Position numbers and translations under genes: made by a program
Part shown: piece by piece, positions 6,850 to 16,331 of the stretch
How positions within the stretch are numbered: the first letter of the stretch is position 1
Layout of the letters: the number at the start of each line of letters is the position of its first letter
Assembly (NCBI GenBank): GCA_964649975.1
Contig: CAZYSM010000007.1
Coordinates: 1,042-65,041 of the forward strand
DNA: 64,000 bases
Direction: 5' to 3'
DNA from: an uncultured Bacteroidales bacterium
Lineage (GTDB): Bacteria > Bacteroidota > Bacteroidia > Bacteroidales > S143-33
Notes under the pieces: model-generated
The model's database searches: none
Told to the model about the DNA's origin: nothing
The model's input: the letters and a program-made list of their open reading frames with translations, nothing else

Positions 6850-8412
6850 TTATTTATCAGAGGTAGGAGGGAGTTTTTTAAGGTTTATCTGTCGTTGGAG
6901 TATATAATCAGAGGATTTGATATTGAGGTTTTCCTTAAAGAGTGTTTCGCCATTATATGGGTTTTGTATCAAAAGGTTGTATTCGTGATATGGTTTGGTC
7001 AGGAAAATGAATTTTCCTTTTTCATCTGGTTTTGCAAAGTATTCTGCACCTGTAATTTTGTCTTTTATTTTGACTATGAGGTTGTTAGGTTTTGTAAAGC
7101 CAGCCAGATGGCAGATATTGACCTGATAGTCTTTTTTCAAATATCTAAATTCCACTTTGTATATATCAGCATTTCCCAGTCCTCCAGGACGGTTTGAGGC
7201 AAAGAAAGCCGTGCTGGAGTCAACAGGGTAAAAGAAAATATCGTCATAGATTGTGTTAATCGGATATGGGAGACCCTGGGCCTGCCCCCATTGTCCAAAT
7301 TCGTCTTTTTCCGAGACAAATATGTCGTAGCCACCAAGGCTGTTATGGCCGTTGGAGGCAAAGTAAAGATGCTTACCGTCAGGAGTTATATAAGGAGCAT
7401 CTTCGTCTGCTGCTGTGTTAATATTAGGACCGAGATTTATGGGTTTTGTCCATGTTCCGTCGTTCTGAAGCTTGGTCATCCAGATATCCATACCACCAAA
7501 GCCTCCGGGACGGTCAGAGGAGAAATACAATATTTTTCCGTCGGAGGTAATAGATCCATGGTTTTCGGAATTATTAGTGTTAATCGGTCGTGGAAATTTA
7601 TGCAGCTTTGTCCAACGTCCGTTGATTAGCTTTGCCCAGTATAGATTTCCGTTACCGTCATCTTTGTAGAGGATAAGTATTTTATTATCCGGATTAAGGC
7701 TACAACTGGCTTCATTAAAGAGTGTGTCAACTACTTTTACCGGACGGGCAGGAGACCACTGGTCTGTGATAGTATTATACTCGGAATAGAAAATATTTTC
7801 GTCATATTGTTGGTCTTTGTACAAAACGGAGTTCTTATCCACTTTACGGCGGGAGGTGAAAAGAAGCAATTGATTATCTTTATCATAAATGGGCGAATGC
7901 TCAGTGTATAAAGAGTTAATATTTTTACCGAGATTGGTTACTTCTACAAAGTTGTCAACTTTTTGGTCAATTGAATCGAGCAAATCTCCTACAATAAGCA
8001 AGAAATCGTCAGGCAGATATTCTTCCTGGTCAAGATGTTGAAGTATTCTTACAGCACTATCCAGATTGTTGGTGAGGTAATAGGCATAAGCTTTGTAAAA
8101 TTGCAGGGCTGTTTTGCTGATTTTTTTTCTATCCCGTGGACGGAATAGATCGGAAGCTGTCAGGAATTGGCTGAGAGCACTATCTGCTTTTCCCTTGGTA
8201 TGTAAGTAAGCAATCCCAAGTTTGTAGTAAAATTCTGCATTTGTTGGGTCAAAGGCTATCATCTGCTTATAAAGCCTTATAGCCCCGCTAAAATCTATTT
8301 CATAGAATAGATGGAGAGATGTAGGCAGGGAGTCCTGCTTGGAATCAATAGTTTGTCCTATTCCAAGCAAAAAGCTAAAAATCAGAATATATGTCAGAAT
8401 TATTTTTTTCAT
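6850..8412 (-). CDS. secreted TPR + PD40 (TolB-like beta-propeller repeat) protein
   Basis: I chose the start at MKKIILTYILIFSFLLG (signal peptide) rather than the ORF-track start at 8448. TPR-like segments include FYYKLGIAYL. Repeated PD40-type motifs: LLFTSRR, ILYFSSDRPGGFGGMDIWM, HLYFASNGHNSLGGYDIFV, FFASNRPGGLGNADIYKV. It overlaps the ribD 3' end by 38 nt. Confidence 0.8.
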   Translation of the reverse strand: MKKIILTYILIFSFLLGIGQTIDSKQDSLPTSLHLFYEIDFSGAIRLYKQMIAFDPTNAEFYYKLGIAYLHTKGKADSALSQFLTASDLFRPRDRKKISKTALQFYKAYAYYLTNNLDSAVRILQHLDQEEYLPDDFLLIVGDLLDSIDQKVDNFVEVTNLGKNINSLYTEHSPIYDKDNQLLLFTSRRKVDKNSVLYKDQQYDENIFYSEYNTITDQWSPARPVKVVDTLFNEASCSLNPDNKILILYKDDGNGNLYWAKLINGRWTKLHKFPRPINTNNSENHGSITSDGKILYFSSDRPGGFGGMDIWMTKLQNDGTWTKPINLGPNINTAADEDAPYITPDGKHLYFASNGHNSLGGYDIFVSEKDEFGQWGQAQGLPYPINTIYDDIFFYPVDSSTAFFASNRPGGLGNADIYKVEFRYLKKDYQVNICHLAGFTKPNNLIVKIKDKITGAEYFAKPDEKGKFIFLTKPYHEYNLLIQNPYNGETLFKENLNIKSSDYILQRQINLKKLPPTSDK

Positions 8413-9400
8413 TTGTAAGGATAAAAAGCGTTTCGGCCTCAAAATCAAGTTTTTTTATATAGTGTCCTTTTATTTCTGGAGCCTTAATTCCCTTCAAAAA
8501 TAATGATTTTGATATAAAAATCCTACTTTCATCCCATAAGTTTTGATTTAAAAAAGATTCAAGAAATTTTGTACCTCCTTCAATGATAACGCTCTGTATA
8601 TTTATGGAATGCAGGTGGTTAAGTAGTGTATGCGGATTTCTGAATTCCTCCTGTATCAGACAAATAGTTTGGGCGCTATTGTCAAATATCCGGGAGTTTG
8701 CAGGGATTCGTCCTTTGGTATCAAGGCATATCCGTATGGGATTATTTCCGTACCACAGGCGGACAGTTAGCTGTGGATTATCGTTTATCACAGTATTTGT
8801 GCCAACGGCAATGGCTTGTTCCTGAGTTCGCCATTTGTGTACCAGGGTACGTGCCCAGCGGCTGGTAATAATATTTGATTTGCGGATGTTATCTGTTCTC
8901 TCCCGGTCAATGAAGCCATCTGCTGTTTGTGCCCATTTCAGAATTACGTATGGTCTTTTTTTTTCGTGGAAAGTAAAGAAACGGCGATTAATCCAGCGGG
9001 ATTGTTTTTCCAGCACTCCCACTTTGACGTCTATACCTGCTGCTTTGAGTTTTTCAATTCCTTTGCCAGATACTTTTGCCGAGGTATCTATGGTTCCTAT
9101 GACCACTCGTGGAATTTTCCATTTAATTATCAGGTCGGCACAGGGCGGAGTTTTTCCGTAATGTGAACAGGGTTCCAGGTTGACATATAAAGTGGAATGA
9201 GGCAGTAGAGATTTGTCTTTTACGCTATTGATAGCAATGACTTCGGCGTGGGGCTCGCCAGCGCGTTTGTGGAAACCCTCACCAATAATTTTGTCCTGAT
9301 AGACGATGACAGATCCTACTACTGGATTAGGATAGGTGCGCCCCAGAGCATTGGAAGCCAGTTCCAGGCAGCGCTGCATATACAGTTGATCTTTGTCCAT
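8375..9400 (-). CDS. ribD: bifunctional riboflavin biosynthesis protein RibD (deaminase/reductase)
   Basis: Deaminase zinc motifs HAEVIAI and PCSHYGKTPPC, with a C-terminal reductase-like domain. Confidence 0.9.
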   Translation of the reverse strand: MDKDQLYMQRCLELASNALGRTYPNPVVGSVIVYQDKIIGEGFHKRAGEPHAEVIAINSVKDKSLLPHSTLYVNLEPCSHYGKTPPCADLIIKWKIPRVVIGTIDTSAKVSGKGIEKLKAAGIDVKVGVLEKQSRWINRRFFTFHEKKRPYVILKWAQTADGFIDRERTDNIRKSNIITSRWARTLVHKWRTQEQAIAVGTNTVINDNPQLTVRLWYGNNPIRICLDTKGRIPANSRIFDNSAQTICLIQEEFRNPHTLLNHLHSINIQSVIIEGGTKFLESFLNQNLWDESRIFISKSLFLKGIKAPEIKGHYIKKLDFEAETLFILTNEKNNSDIYSDF

Positions 9401-9405
9401 AAGTC

Positions 9406-10521
9406 TTAGTTTTCCGCAGTAGCTTTTATTGTGCCGTTTTCTACATAAAATATTTTGTAATTAAGCTTGAGGTTATGGAATATCTGTTTCAAGCGTTGTT
9501 CGTTGGTATGTGTAATAAAAATTTGCCCAAAAAGGCTGTCCGATACCAGAGCTACGAGTTTTTCCACACGTTGAGGGTCAAGTTTGTCAAAAATATCATC
9601 CAGCAGGAGCAGTGGTTTGATTTTCAGGTGTTTTTTTATAAAATCATGCTGGGCAAATTTCAGGGCTATCAGAAAAGATTTTTGTTGTCCCTGCGACCCG
9701 AATTTTTTAATAGCACGCCCGTCTATGAGCAGTTCCAGGTCGTCGCGGTGTATTCCGTAATAAGTATATTGCAGTGCAAGGTCTTTGTCCAGATTGTTTT
9801 TCAGCAGCAGACGGAAGTCATTATTATTAAGATGGGATTTGTATTTGAGGGAAACTTGCTCTCTTTCCTGGGAGAGGAAATTGTAATATTCCTGAAAAAT
9901 CGGAATAAACTCCTTAACAAATTCTCTGCGTTTTTCATTGATATACTGTGCTGCTTCAATGAGCTGTTCGTCCCAGATTTCCAGCATTTCGCGGTCAACA
10001 TACCTCTCTCTGGCAAAAGTTTTTATCAGCTGGTTTCTTTGATTAAGAATTTTGCGGTAATTGGAGAGGATTTTCAGATATTGTCCATTGGCCTGGGATA
10101 TGATAATATCCATCAGACGGCGGCGTTCGTCGCCACTTCCACTTATGAGTCTGCTATCGTCCGGCGTAATAACCACAGCAGGGATAAGACCTATATGTTT
10201 TGATAGCCTGGGGTATTTTTTTCCGTTGCGTTTAACGGTTTTATGGTCTTTTTGCACGGTGATGGTGATTTCCTCTTTGCTGCCCAGGCGGTTATATGTT
10301 CCGCGCAAGGAGAAAAACTGTTCTCCGTAAAGGATATTTTGCTGGTCGGGGGTGTTGAAATAGCTTTTGGTAAAGGATAGATAATAAATAGCATCCAGAA
10401 TGTTGGTTTTGCCCATTCCGTTGAGCCCTACAAAACTGTTAAGTTTCGCATTGGGCGATATTTGTATTTCTTTTATGTTTTTGAAATTCGTAATTGTCAA
10501 ATTTTCCAGAACAAGGTCCAT
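9406..10521 (-). CDS. recF: DNA replication and repair protein RecF
   Basis: N-terminal L.NLTITNFKN, Walker A GLNGMGKTNILDAIYYLS, C-terminal LLLLDDIFDKLD. Confidence 0.9.
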   Translation of the reverse strand: MDLVLENLTITNFKNIKEIQISPNAKLNSFVGLNGMGKTNILDAIYYLSFTKSYFNTPDQQNILYGEQFFSLRGTYNRLGSKEEITITVQKDHKTVKRNGKKYPRLSKHIGLIPAVVITPDDSRLISGSGDERRRLMDIIISQANGQYLKILSNYRKILNQRNQLIKTFARERYVDREMLEIWDEQLIEAAQYINEKRREFVKEFIPIFQEYYNFLSQEREQVSLKYKSHLNNNDFRLLLKNNLDKDLALQYTYYGIHRDDLELLIDGRAIKKFGSQGQQKSFLIALKFAQHDFIKKHLKIKPLLLLDDIFDKLDPQRVEKLVALVSDSLFGQIFITHTNEQRLKQIFHNLKLNYKIFYVENGTIKATAEN

Positions 10522-10541
10522 TAATTCACAGCTTTACAGTT

Positions 10542-12308
10542 CTACAATTCCAGGTTGAGTTTTTTTCTGAATTCCTCCAGAGCAGGATTTTTCTTTGCCA
10601 GATATTCATATTTTTCTTTTTCTGTAATAGGACGGCGTTCTACTTTTTTGGCCGATACGATGAGGTCTATCTCCAAAGTGCGTCCGCATTTTTTATACAG
10701 AAATTGTTTTAATTGAGATTTTAGTTTCGCTATTTCCTTTTTCTGTATTTCATTCATCAAATGGATAATTATTTTATCACCAGCTACTTCCGGGGATATT
10801 TTTTTGAAAAGCAGCTGGAGACGCGGACGTTCTTTGAGGTATAAATCAGCAAATTCCCTCCAATAGCGCAAAAGCAAGGTTTTGTCTATATCTTTTTTTA
10901 TTGCAGGGTTTTGAGGATTACTCTCTTTTTTTTCAGGAGGTTGTTTTTCTGCAACTGCTGTTGAAGCATTACTATCTTCTGTAACAGGTTTATTAGACGT
11001 GGAGGTAGTTTGCGAAGAGCTATGTTTTATAATGTTTTTTATTGACGGCATGGTAGTTTTGACACTGGTGTGGGTATCAGCAGCTTGATGATTTTTTTGT
11101 GCTAATCTCTGGGATAGTGAAATATTCTTATTATCTGTAGTTGCTGAGCTGGCAGCCTTAGCTGATGAGGAGGTGCTGCTGTTTTTTGAAGCGTTTTCTT
11201 GTTGAGCTATTTGTTGTGTGATGTCCGAAAGTTTTATCAAGGCCAGCTCAACGTGTAAGCGTTTGTTCTGCGAGGTTTTATAATTGACATCAAAATGATT
11301 GATTATATCAAGGGCCTTGAGAATGAACTTGATAGGTGTTTTCTTTATTTGTTCCAGATAGCGCTGTTTGATATTTTCACCTACTTCAAGGAGCTGAAGT
11401 GTTTTCTGGGTGCGGCTCACCAGCAAATTGCGGAAATGTTCGGCCAGTCCCTGCAAGAAGTGCTGTGCATCAAATCCTTTTTGTAAGATTTGGTCAAAGG
11501 TCAGGAGTACCTGCTGATAATCTCCTTGCAGGAAATTTTCCGTTAGACTGAAATAATAGTCATAGTCCAGTACGTTGAGATGGTCTATGACGCTCTGATA
11601 AGTGAGTTTCCCACCTGTGAAGCTTACTAATTGGTCAAATATGGATAGAGCATCACGCAGAGCACCATCAGCTTTTTGTGCTATTATGGACAGAGCGTCA
11701 TCTTCGGCTTCAATGCCCTCCTTTTCGGCTATGGCTTTAAGGTGCGATACTATTTGTGGAACTTTTATCCGTTGAAAATCAAATACCTGGCACCGCGAAA
11801 GAATTGTGGGCAGTATTTTGTGTTTTTCCGTGGTAGCCATTATGAAAATGGCGTGTGCCGGCGGTTCTTCCAGGGTTTTGAGGAAAGCATTGAAAGCTGC
11901 CTGCGAAAGCATGTGCACCTCGTCAATGATATATACGCTGTATTTGCCTATCTGTGGCGGAATCCGTACCTGGTCAATGAGGTTGCGGATGTCTTCCACT
12001 GAGTTGTTTGAAGCAGCATCCAGCTCGTGTATATTGAAGGATCGGCCTTCGTTGAAAGCACGGCATGATTCGCACTCATTACAGGCTTCGCCTTCGGGCG
12101 TGGGATGTTCACAGTTAATTGTCTTGGCAAAGATACGGGCACAGGTAGTTTTGCCCACCCCGCGCGGCCCGGAAAAAAGATAGGCATGTGCCAGTTTACC
12201 GCTGCGGATGGCATTACGCAGGGTCGTAGTAACAGATTCTTGCCCAACTACTTCCGAGAACTTTTGAGGACGATATTTTCTGGCCGAAACTGTAAATGTT
12301 TTTTCCAT
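10542..12308 (-). CDS. dnaX: DNA polymerase III subunit gamma/tau
   Basis: I chose the start at MEKTFTVSARKYRPQKF. Walker A GPRGVGKTTCARIF, zinc module CNECESCRAF, then a Ser/Thr-rich linker and a C-terminal tau-type domain. Confidence 0.9.
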   Translation of the reverse strand: MEKTFTVSARKYRPQKFSEVVGQESVTTTLRNAIRSGKLAHAYLFSGPRGVGKTTCARIFAKTINCEHPTPEGEACNECESCRAFNEGRSFNIHELDAASNNSVEDIRNLIDQVRIPPQIGKYSVYIIDEVHMLSQAAFNAFLKTLEEPPAHAIFIMATTEKHKILPTILSRCQVFDFQRIKVPQIVSHLKAIAEKEGIEAEDDALSIIAQKADGALRDALSIFDQLVSFTGGKLTYQSVIDHLNVLDYDYYFSLTENFLQGDYQQVLLTFDQILQKGFDAQHFLQGLAEHFRNLLVSRTQKTLQLLEVGENIKQRYLEQIKKTPIKFILKALDIINHFDVNYKTSQNKRLHVELALIKLSDITQQIAQQENASKNSSTSSSAKAASSATTDNKNISLSQRLAQKNHQAADTHTSVKTTMPSIKNIIKHSSSQTTSTSNKPVTEDSNASTAVAEKQPPEKKESNPQNPAIKKDIDKTLLLRYWREFADLYLKERPRLQLLFKKISPEVAGDKIIIHLMNEIQKKEIAKLKSQLKQFLYKKCGRTLEIDLIVSAKKVERRPITEKEKYEYLAKKNPALEEFRKKLNLEL

Positions 12309-12321
12309 GACAGACAGATAT

Positions 12322-13272
12322 TTACAAACGTGCAAAAGTATAACATGCTACAAAAGCATACGAGATGCCCAGTAGCATGATGATTTTCAGTAGATTGCTT
12401 ATTTTGTGATAATCTTTCGGGCTCTTTGCTTTGATAATCAGGATTATAACTACCAGGCCCGGTAAAATCAAAAATAAGCCTAAATAAATTAATGACAAAA
12501 CCGTTCGTAAATATTTTATGAAAATAAAAATCAGTCCTGCCATAGAGGCCAGAGTAAGAATGATTACAGAAATTTTCGTGATTTTTTCACCAAAAACTAT
12601 TGCTAAAGTGGAATAACCCTGGGATATATCACCTGGCAAATCTTCCATGTCTTTTACAATTTCGCGTATTAAAGTGAACAAAAAAGCAAATGCAGCATAA
12701 GCTATCATCCAATAAGCTATGATTTTCAGGTCTATATCCATAACACGGATTTCTGGAGTATAGTATTTCATTGCTGGTAAAAGGTCGTAAATAGCTATTA
12801 GCAGGGGAACCAGGGCCGCAAGGAAGCTAACAATAAGATTACCCAGCAGGAAACTTCCTTTGAAACAGCAAGAATAAAACCATAGCAATGTGGCAGCTAT
12901 AAAAAAGATAAGTGAAAATTTGGGATACCCTATTTTTAATGATATATAAAAGCCTGCAACTAAGCCTATTATGCTTAGTGCTGCATATAGGATTACCGCC
13001 AGATTTGTGCTGAAATAATAGCCGATAACTGGGTCTTTTTCATTAATCCTGTCGGTTTCCCTGTCAAAATAATCATTAATAATATATCCGCCGGCTGCTA
13101 TTAATATTGTTGCAAGTATCAGAAGGATAAAATCTGTCAGTGACAAACGCAGCTGCAGCTGGTAAACTTTCAGTATGCTGTTTACTATGCAGTAGCGCAG
13201 TACCACAAAGATGTATATAATCATCAAGAGGTTTTTCCAGCGTATAAGGCGGAAAAAGTATTTCATTTTCAA
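12322..13272 (-). CDS. UbiA-family polyprenyltransferase (DGGGP-synthase-like subgroup suspected)
   Basis: About 8-9 TM helices. First Asp-rich motif NDYFDRETDRIN and second motif KDMEDLPGD. Confidence 0.8.
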   Translation of the reverse strand: MKMKYFFRLIRWKNLLMIIYIFVVLRYCIVNSILKVYQLQLRLSLTDFILLILATILIAAGGYIINDYFDRETDRINEKDPVIGYYFSTNLAVILYAALSIIGLVAGFYISLKIGYPKFSLIFFIAATLLWFYSCCFKGSFLLGNLIVSFLAALVPLLIAIYDLLPAMKYYTPEIRVMDIDLKIIAYWMIAYAAFAFLFTLIREIVKDMEDLPGDISQGYSTLAIVFGEKITKISVIILTLASMAGLIFIFIKYLRTVLSLIYLGLFLILPGLVVIILIIKAKSPKDYHKISNLLKIIMLLGISYAFVACYTFARL

Positions 13273-13284
13273 TAAGTTTAATGT

Positions 13285-14562
13285 TTACGGAATATTGCCC
13301 GAACGCCATTGTTTTACAGCGTATTGCCAGAATTCCCGGTATTGTGCGCTGGGCACAAGGATGTAATCCTGGTCTGAAAACCGGCTTTTATTTTTCCGGA
13401 AGACAAAGGAAATGTATTTTCCTTTTTCGGCAAAATAATATATCCATTGCTCTTTGTCTTCAAATTTATATACCACAGGTGGCGGTCCAAAGATAATATA
13501 AATCATTCCGCGGTCGGTTTGCCATCCTTGCTTGTGTGTGGTAAAATAGTAATTGGCCAGGAATACCCTGTGATAATATGCTTTAATTAATTCTTTGGAC
13601 TGTTGCGGATTTTCTGTGACTGAGATCCAGAAACTATCCACGGTAAGTTTTGGACTATAAGAGTGAAGTAGGCGAGCGTACTCTTCAGTAGTTGTCAGAT
13701 AGGCCAGTGGCGGAATCATTTGCGAAGCCCTGTCTATCTGAGGATAATATGGATTGAATAGCACCAGGGTTTTTCCGCGTTGAACCAGGGAATCCGCTGT
13801 TATCAGATATATCCCGGGCGTAGAGAATTCAACAGCTTGCAAGGATGGTATTTTCATTATTGTGTCTGCATAAATTTTGCGGGTGCGCCCGCCCAGGTAA
13901 AATGGTGGCTTGGGAAGAGTAGTATCAAGGGGATAGTGATAGATGAAAAGTGAATCCTGGCCGGAATTATGCTGAATAATATATTGATGTCCGGGATAAA
14001 CTACATTGCCAAAAACCGGACGAAAACTGCGAGCATCTTTTACGAGGAAGTTATTTGGACTGTTACGGGAGGATTTGTCGTTATAGATGAATTTTAAATT
14101 TGATTTTTTGCGGTAAAGGTCTTTTACATAAATGTTTAGTAAAAATCCTGTATCGTGATTTGGACGTAATTGTACCGGAAAGATTAGTTCCCGCCTATTT
14201 TTGTTGTATCTGATTGTCAGGATTTTTGTGATTGTGTCAATTACTTTTCTGTTGGTCAGGCTGGGCGTGAGTTTATAGTTAAGCAATATTTTTGCCTGTT
14301 CGCCACCTTTAGCCATTAAGAAACGCAACTGAGGCAGGTAAAAATAATTATAAACAACCGTAATCGAATCGTTTTTGTTATACACTGTGAATTCTGGAAA
14401 AATTGTAGTTGCTTTGGGATTATAAAGGTTGGCAAGGTTAATATATTGTTGATTTATAGGAGATTGTTCCCTGGGCGTAAAGCATGCTTGTAGCAAAATA
14501 CTAACAATAAAAAATAAGATAAGAGACTTTTTTAAATGCATTTGGCTTATTTTTTTGTTCAT
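13285..14562 (-). CDS. GWxTD-domain lipoprotein
   Basis: Signal and lipobox SILLQAC. C-terminal HKQGWQTDRGMIYIIFGPP matches the GWxTD signature. Confidence 0.8.
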   Translation of the reverse strand: MNKKISQMHLKKSLILFFIVSILLQACFTPREQSPINQQYINLANLYNPKATTIFPEFTVYNKNDSITVVYNYFYLPQLRFLMAKGGEQAKILLNYKLTPSLTNRKVIDTITKILTIRYNKNRRELIFPVQLRPNHDTGFLLNIYVKDLYRKKSNLKFIYNDKSSRNSPNNFLVKDARSFRPVFGNVVYPGHQYIIQHNSGQDSLFIYHYPLDTTLPKPPFYLGGRTRKIYADTIMKIPSLQAVEFSTPGIYLITADSLVQRGKTLVLFNPYYPQIDRASQMIPPLAYLTTTEEYARLLHSYSPKLTVDSFWISVTENPQQSKELIKAYYHRVFLANYYFTTHKQGWQTDRGMIYIIFGPPPVVYKFEDKEQWIYYFAEKGKYISFVFRKNKSRFSDQDYILVPSAQYREFWQYAVKQWRSGNIP

Positions 14563-14638
14563 TTTGAGTAAAAAATGTTTTTTAAATTTATAAGAATATT
14601 GTAAATTTGAAAAAATATTAAAATAAAAATTAACTGTC

Positions 14639-15196
14639 GTGAAAGTAAAAGGTACGGCTGTTAGGGTTATGCCTGATTTTGTTAAAAAGAAGTATCCTGC
14701 ATTTTACGATACCTGGCTTTCGGGTTTAAAGTCTGAGAGTAAAAAAATTTTTGAAAATCCGATTTTTGCAACCGAGTGGTACGAGCTGGTACTAACGCAT
14801 TCGCATCCTACTCGTGTGCTGGCTGATATAGTTGGTAAACCAGCCGAGGATCTTGCTTATGAAATAGGCTTGTTCAGCGCTGAGGAGGCGCTGACAGGTG
14901 TTTATAATATTTTTCTGAAAATTGCAAAATTGAAGTTTACCCTCAAACGTATTCCAGATTTTTTCCGGGCCTATTACGAGCCTTTTGTCTTTGAATTTTT
15001 ACAGACAGGCGAGCGTTTTGTCAAATTCAAGTTCGGTTATACCAATTCTGAGGAAAATCTCCTGTATTACAGGAATAAAGGTTGGGCTACTAAATTGATA
15101 GAAATGACAGGCCAGGGTGAAAATCCCGAGGTTAATCTGGATATCCAGAAATATAAAGATGACTTATATTTTGCAGTTTTTGCGGTAAAATGGTAA
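14639..15196 (+). CDS. hypothetical protein, tandem paralog A (possibly DUF2378/TIGR02265-like small ligand-binding fold)
   Basis: The GTG start is supported by full-length alignment with the adjacent paralog: MKVKGTAVRV... versus MNIKGTAVRA..., and both end in VKW. Confidence 0.6.
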   Translation: MKVKGTAVRVMPDFVKKKYPAFYDTWLSGLKSESKKIFENPIFATEWYELVLTHSHPTRVLADIVGKPAEDLAYEIGLFSAEEALTGVYNIFLKIAKLKFTLKRIPDFFRAYYEPFVFEFLQTGERFVKFKFGYTNSEENLLYYRNKGWATKLIEMTGQGENPEVNLDIQKYKDDLYFAVFAVKW

Positions 15197-15221
15197 ATTA
15201 GGAAAAATAAAATATTAACAG

Positions 15222-15776
15222 ATGAATATAAAAGGCACTGCTGTAAGAGCATTTCTGCAGTTTATAGATGAGAAATATCCCAATTATTATGATGAATGGT
15301 TGAGCCGTCTCCAAGGCGATTCCAAACGGTATTTTTTTCAGACTATCCTGCCCAGCGAATGGTACCCTCTTTATGAGACTGCTGTCGCACCTCTGGAAGT
15401 ATTAGCCTCGGTGCTGGATGTAAAAAAGGAAGATCTGGCTTTTGAAGTGGGGCGGTATAGCGCACGTGTGGCTCTTACCGGGGTATATAAATTTTTTGCT
15501 TCCCTGGCCAAGCCTACATATATCATTAAGCGTGGTTCTATTATGTTTAAAACTTATTATGACCCAGCAGAGGTGGATTATGAAATACTGGGAGTAAACG
15601 AAGTTATGTTTATGTTTGGACGCCATCAGGAAAAGGAAACTTTGATATATCACAGAGTGAGAGGATGGATTTTTGAGCTGACTTTTATAACCCAGAAAGT
15701 TGAACCTACTGTGGATTTTTCCATCATTGATCATATGAATGGCCTTTTTTCAGGAAAATTTATTGTTAAATGGTAA
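15222..15776 (+). CDS. hypothetical protein, tandem paralog B
   Basis: 184 aa and collinear with 14639-15196. Shared blocks: KGTAVR, KYP.(F/Y)YD.WLS.L, WY.L, LA(Y/F)E(I/V)G, ALTGVY, YY(E/D)P, final VKW. Confidence 0.6.
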   Translation: MNIKGTAVRAFLQFIDEKYPNYYDEWLSRLQGDSKRYFFQTILPSEWYPLYETAVAPLEVLASVLDVKKEDLAFEVGRYSARVALTGVYKFFASLAKPTYIIKRGSIMFKTYYDPAEVDYEILGVNEVMFMFGRHQEKETLIYHRVRGWIFELTFITQKVEPTVDFSIIDHMNGLFSGKFIVKW

Positions 15777-15780
15777 AAAA

Positions 15781-16236
15781 ATGATAGTTTTTGATAATCG
15801 GTGGATTGTCAGGGATTTCCAGCCACAGGATTATAAACAGGTTATAAATTTATGGATTGAAACTAATCTTACCCGCCCTGAACGTGGTGATAATCTTGAT
15901 GTTATTCTGCGTACAATTGAACACGGAGGAAAATTACTGATACTTGAAGACAAGACCAATAGCCTGGTTATTGGTACTTCGTGGATAACCAATGACGGAC
16001 GGCGTTTGCATTTGCAATATTTCGGAATATTGCCTTCCTATCAGGGACAGAAACTTTCTCACTATCTTATGATTGAATCCTTGCGTTTTGCCAGGCAAAC
16101 AGGATTGCAAATAAAACTGGAAGTGCACCAGGAAAACTTCCGGGCTATAAATTTATACAAAAAATGGGGCTTTAAGCGGCTGGGAGATTATGATATTTAT
16201 ATACTCAGAGATGTGGAAAATATTGATATTGATTAA
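15781..16236 (+). CDS. GNAT-family N-acetyltransferase
   Basis: I chose the start at MIVFDNRWIVRDF. The GNAT core pattern is FGILPSYQGQKLSHYLM ... NFRAINLYKKWGFKRLG. Confidence 0.8.
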   Translation: MIVFDNRWIVRDFQPQDYKQVINLWIETNLTRPERGDNLDVILRTIEHGGKLLILEDKTNSLVIGTSWITNDGRRLHLQYFGILPSYQGQKLSHYLMIESLRFARQTGLQIKLEVHQENFRAINLYKKWGFKRLGDYDIYILRDVENIDID

Positions 16237-16331
16237 TATAGCTGCCTCACCTATTTTTTGTTTTAGAAAATTTATCTTTACTTGCTGATAGGAAAAAATT
16301 AATTTTGTAGGTCAAATATTAATTTCTGAAT

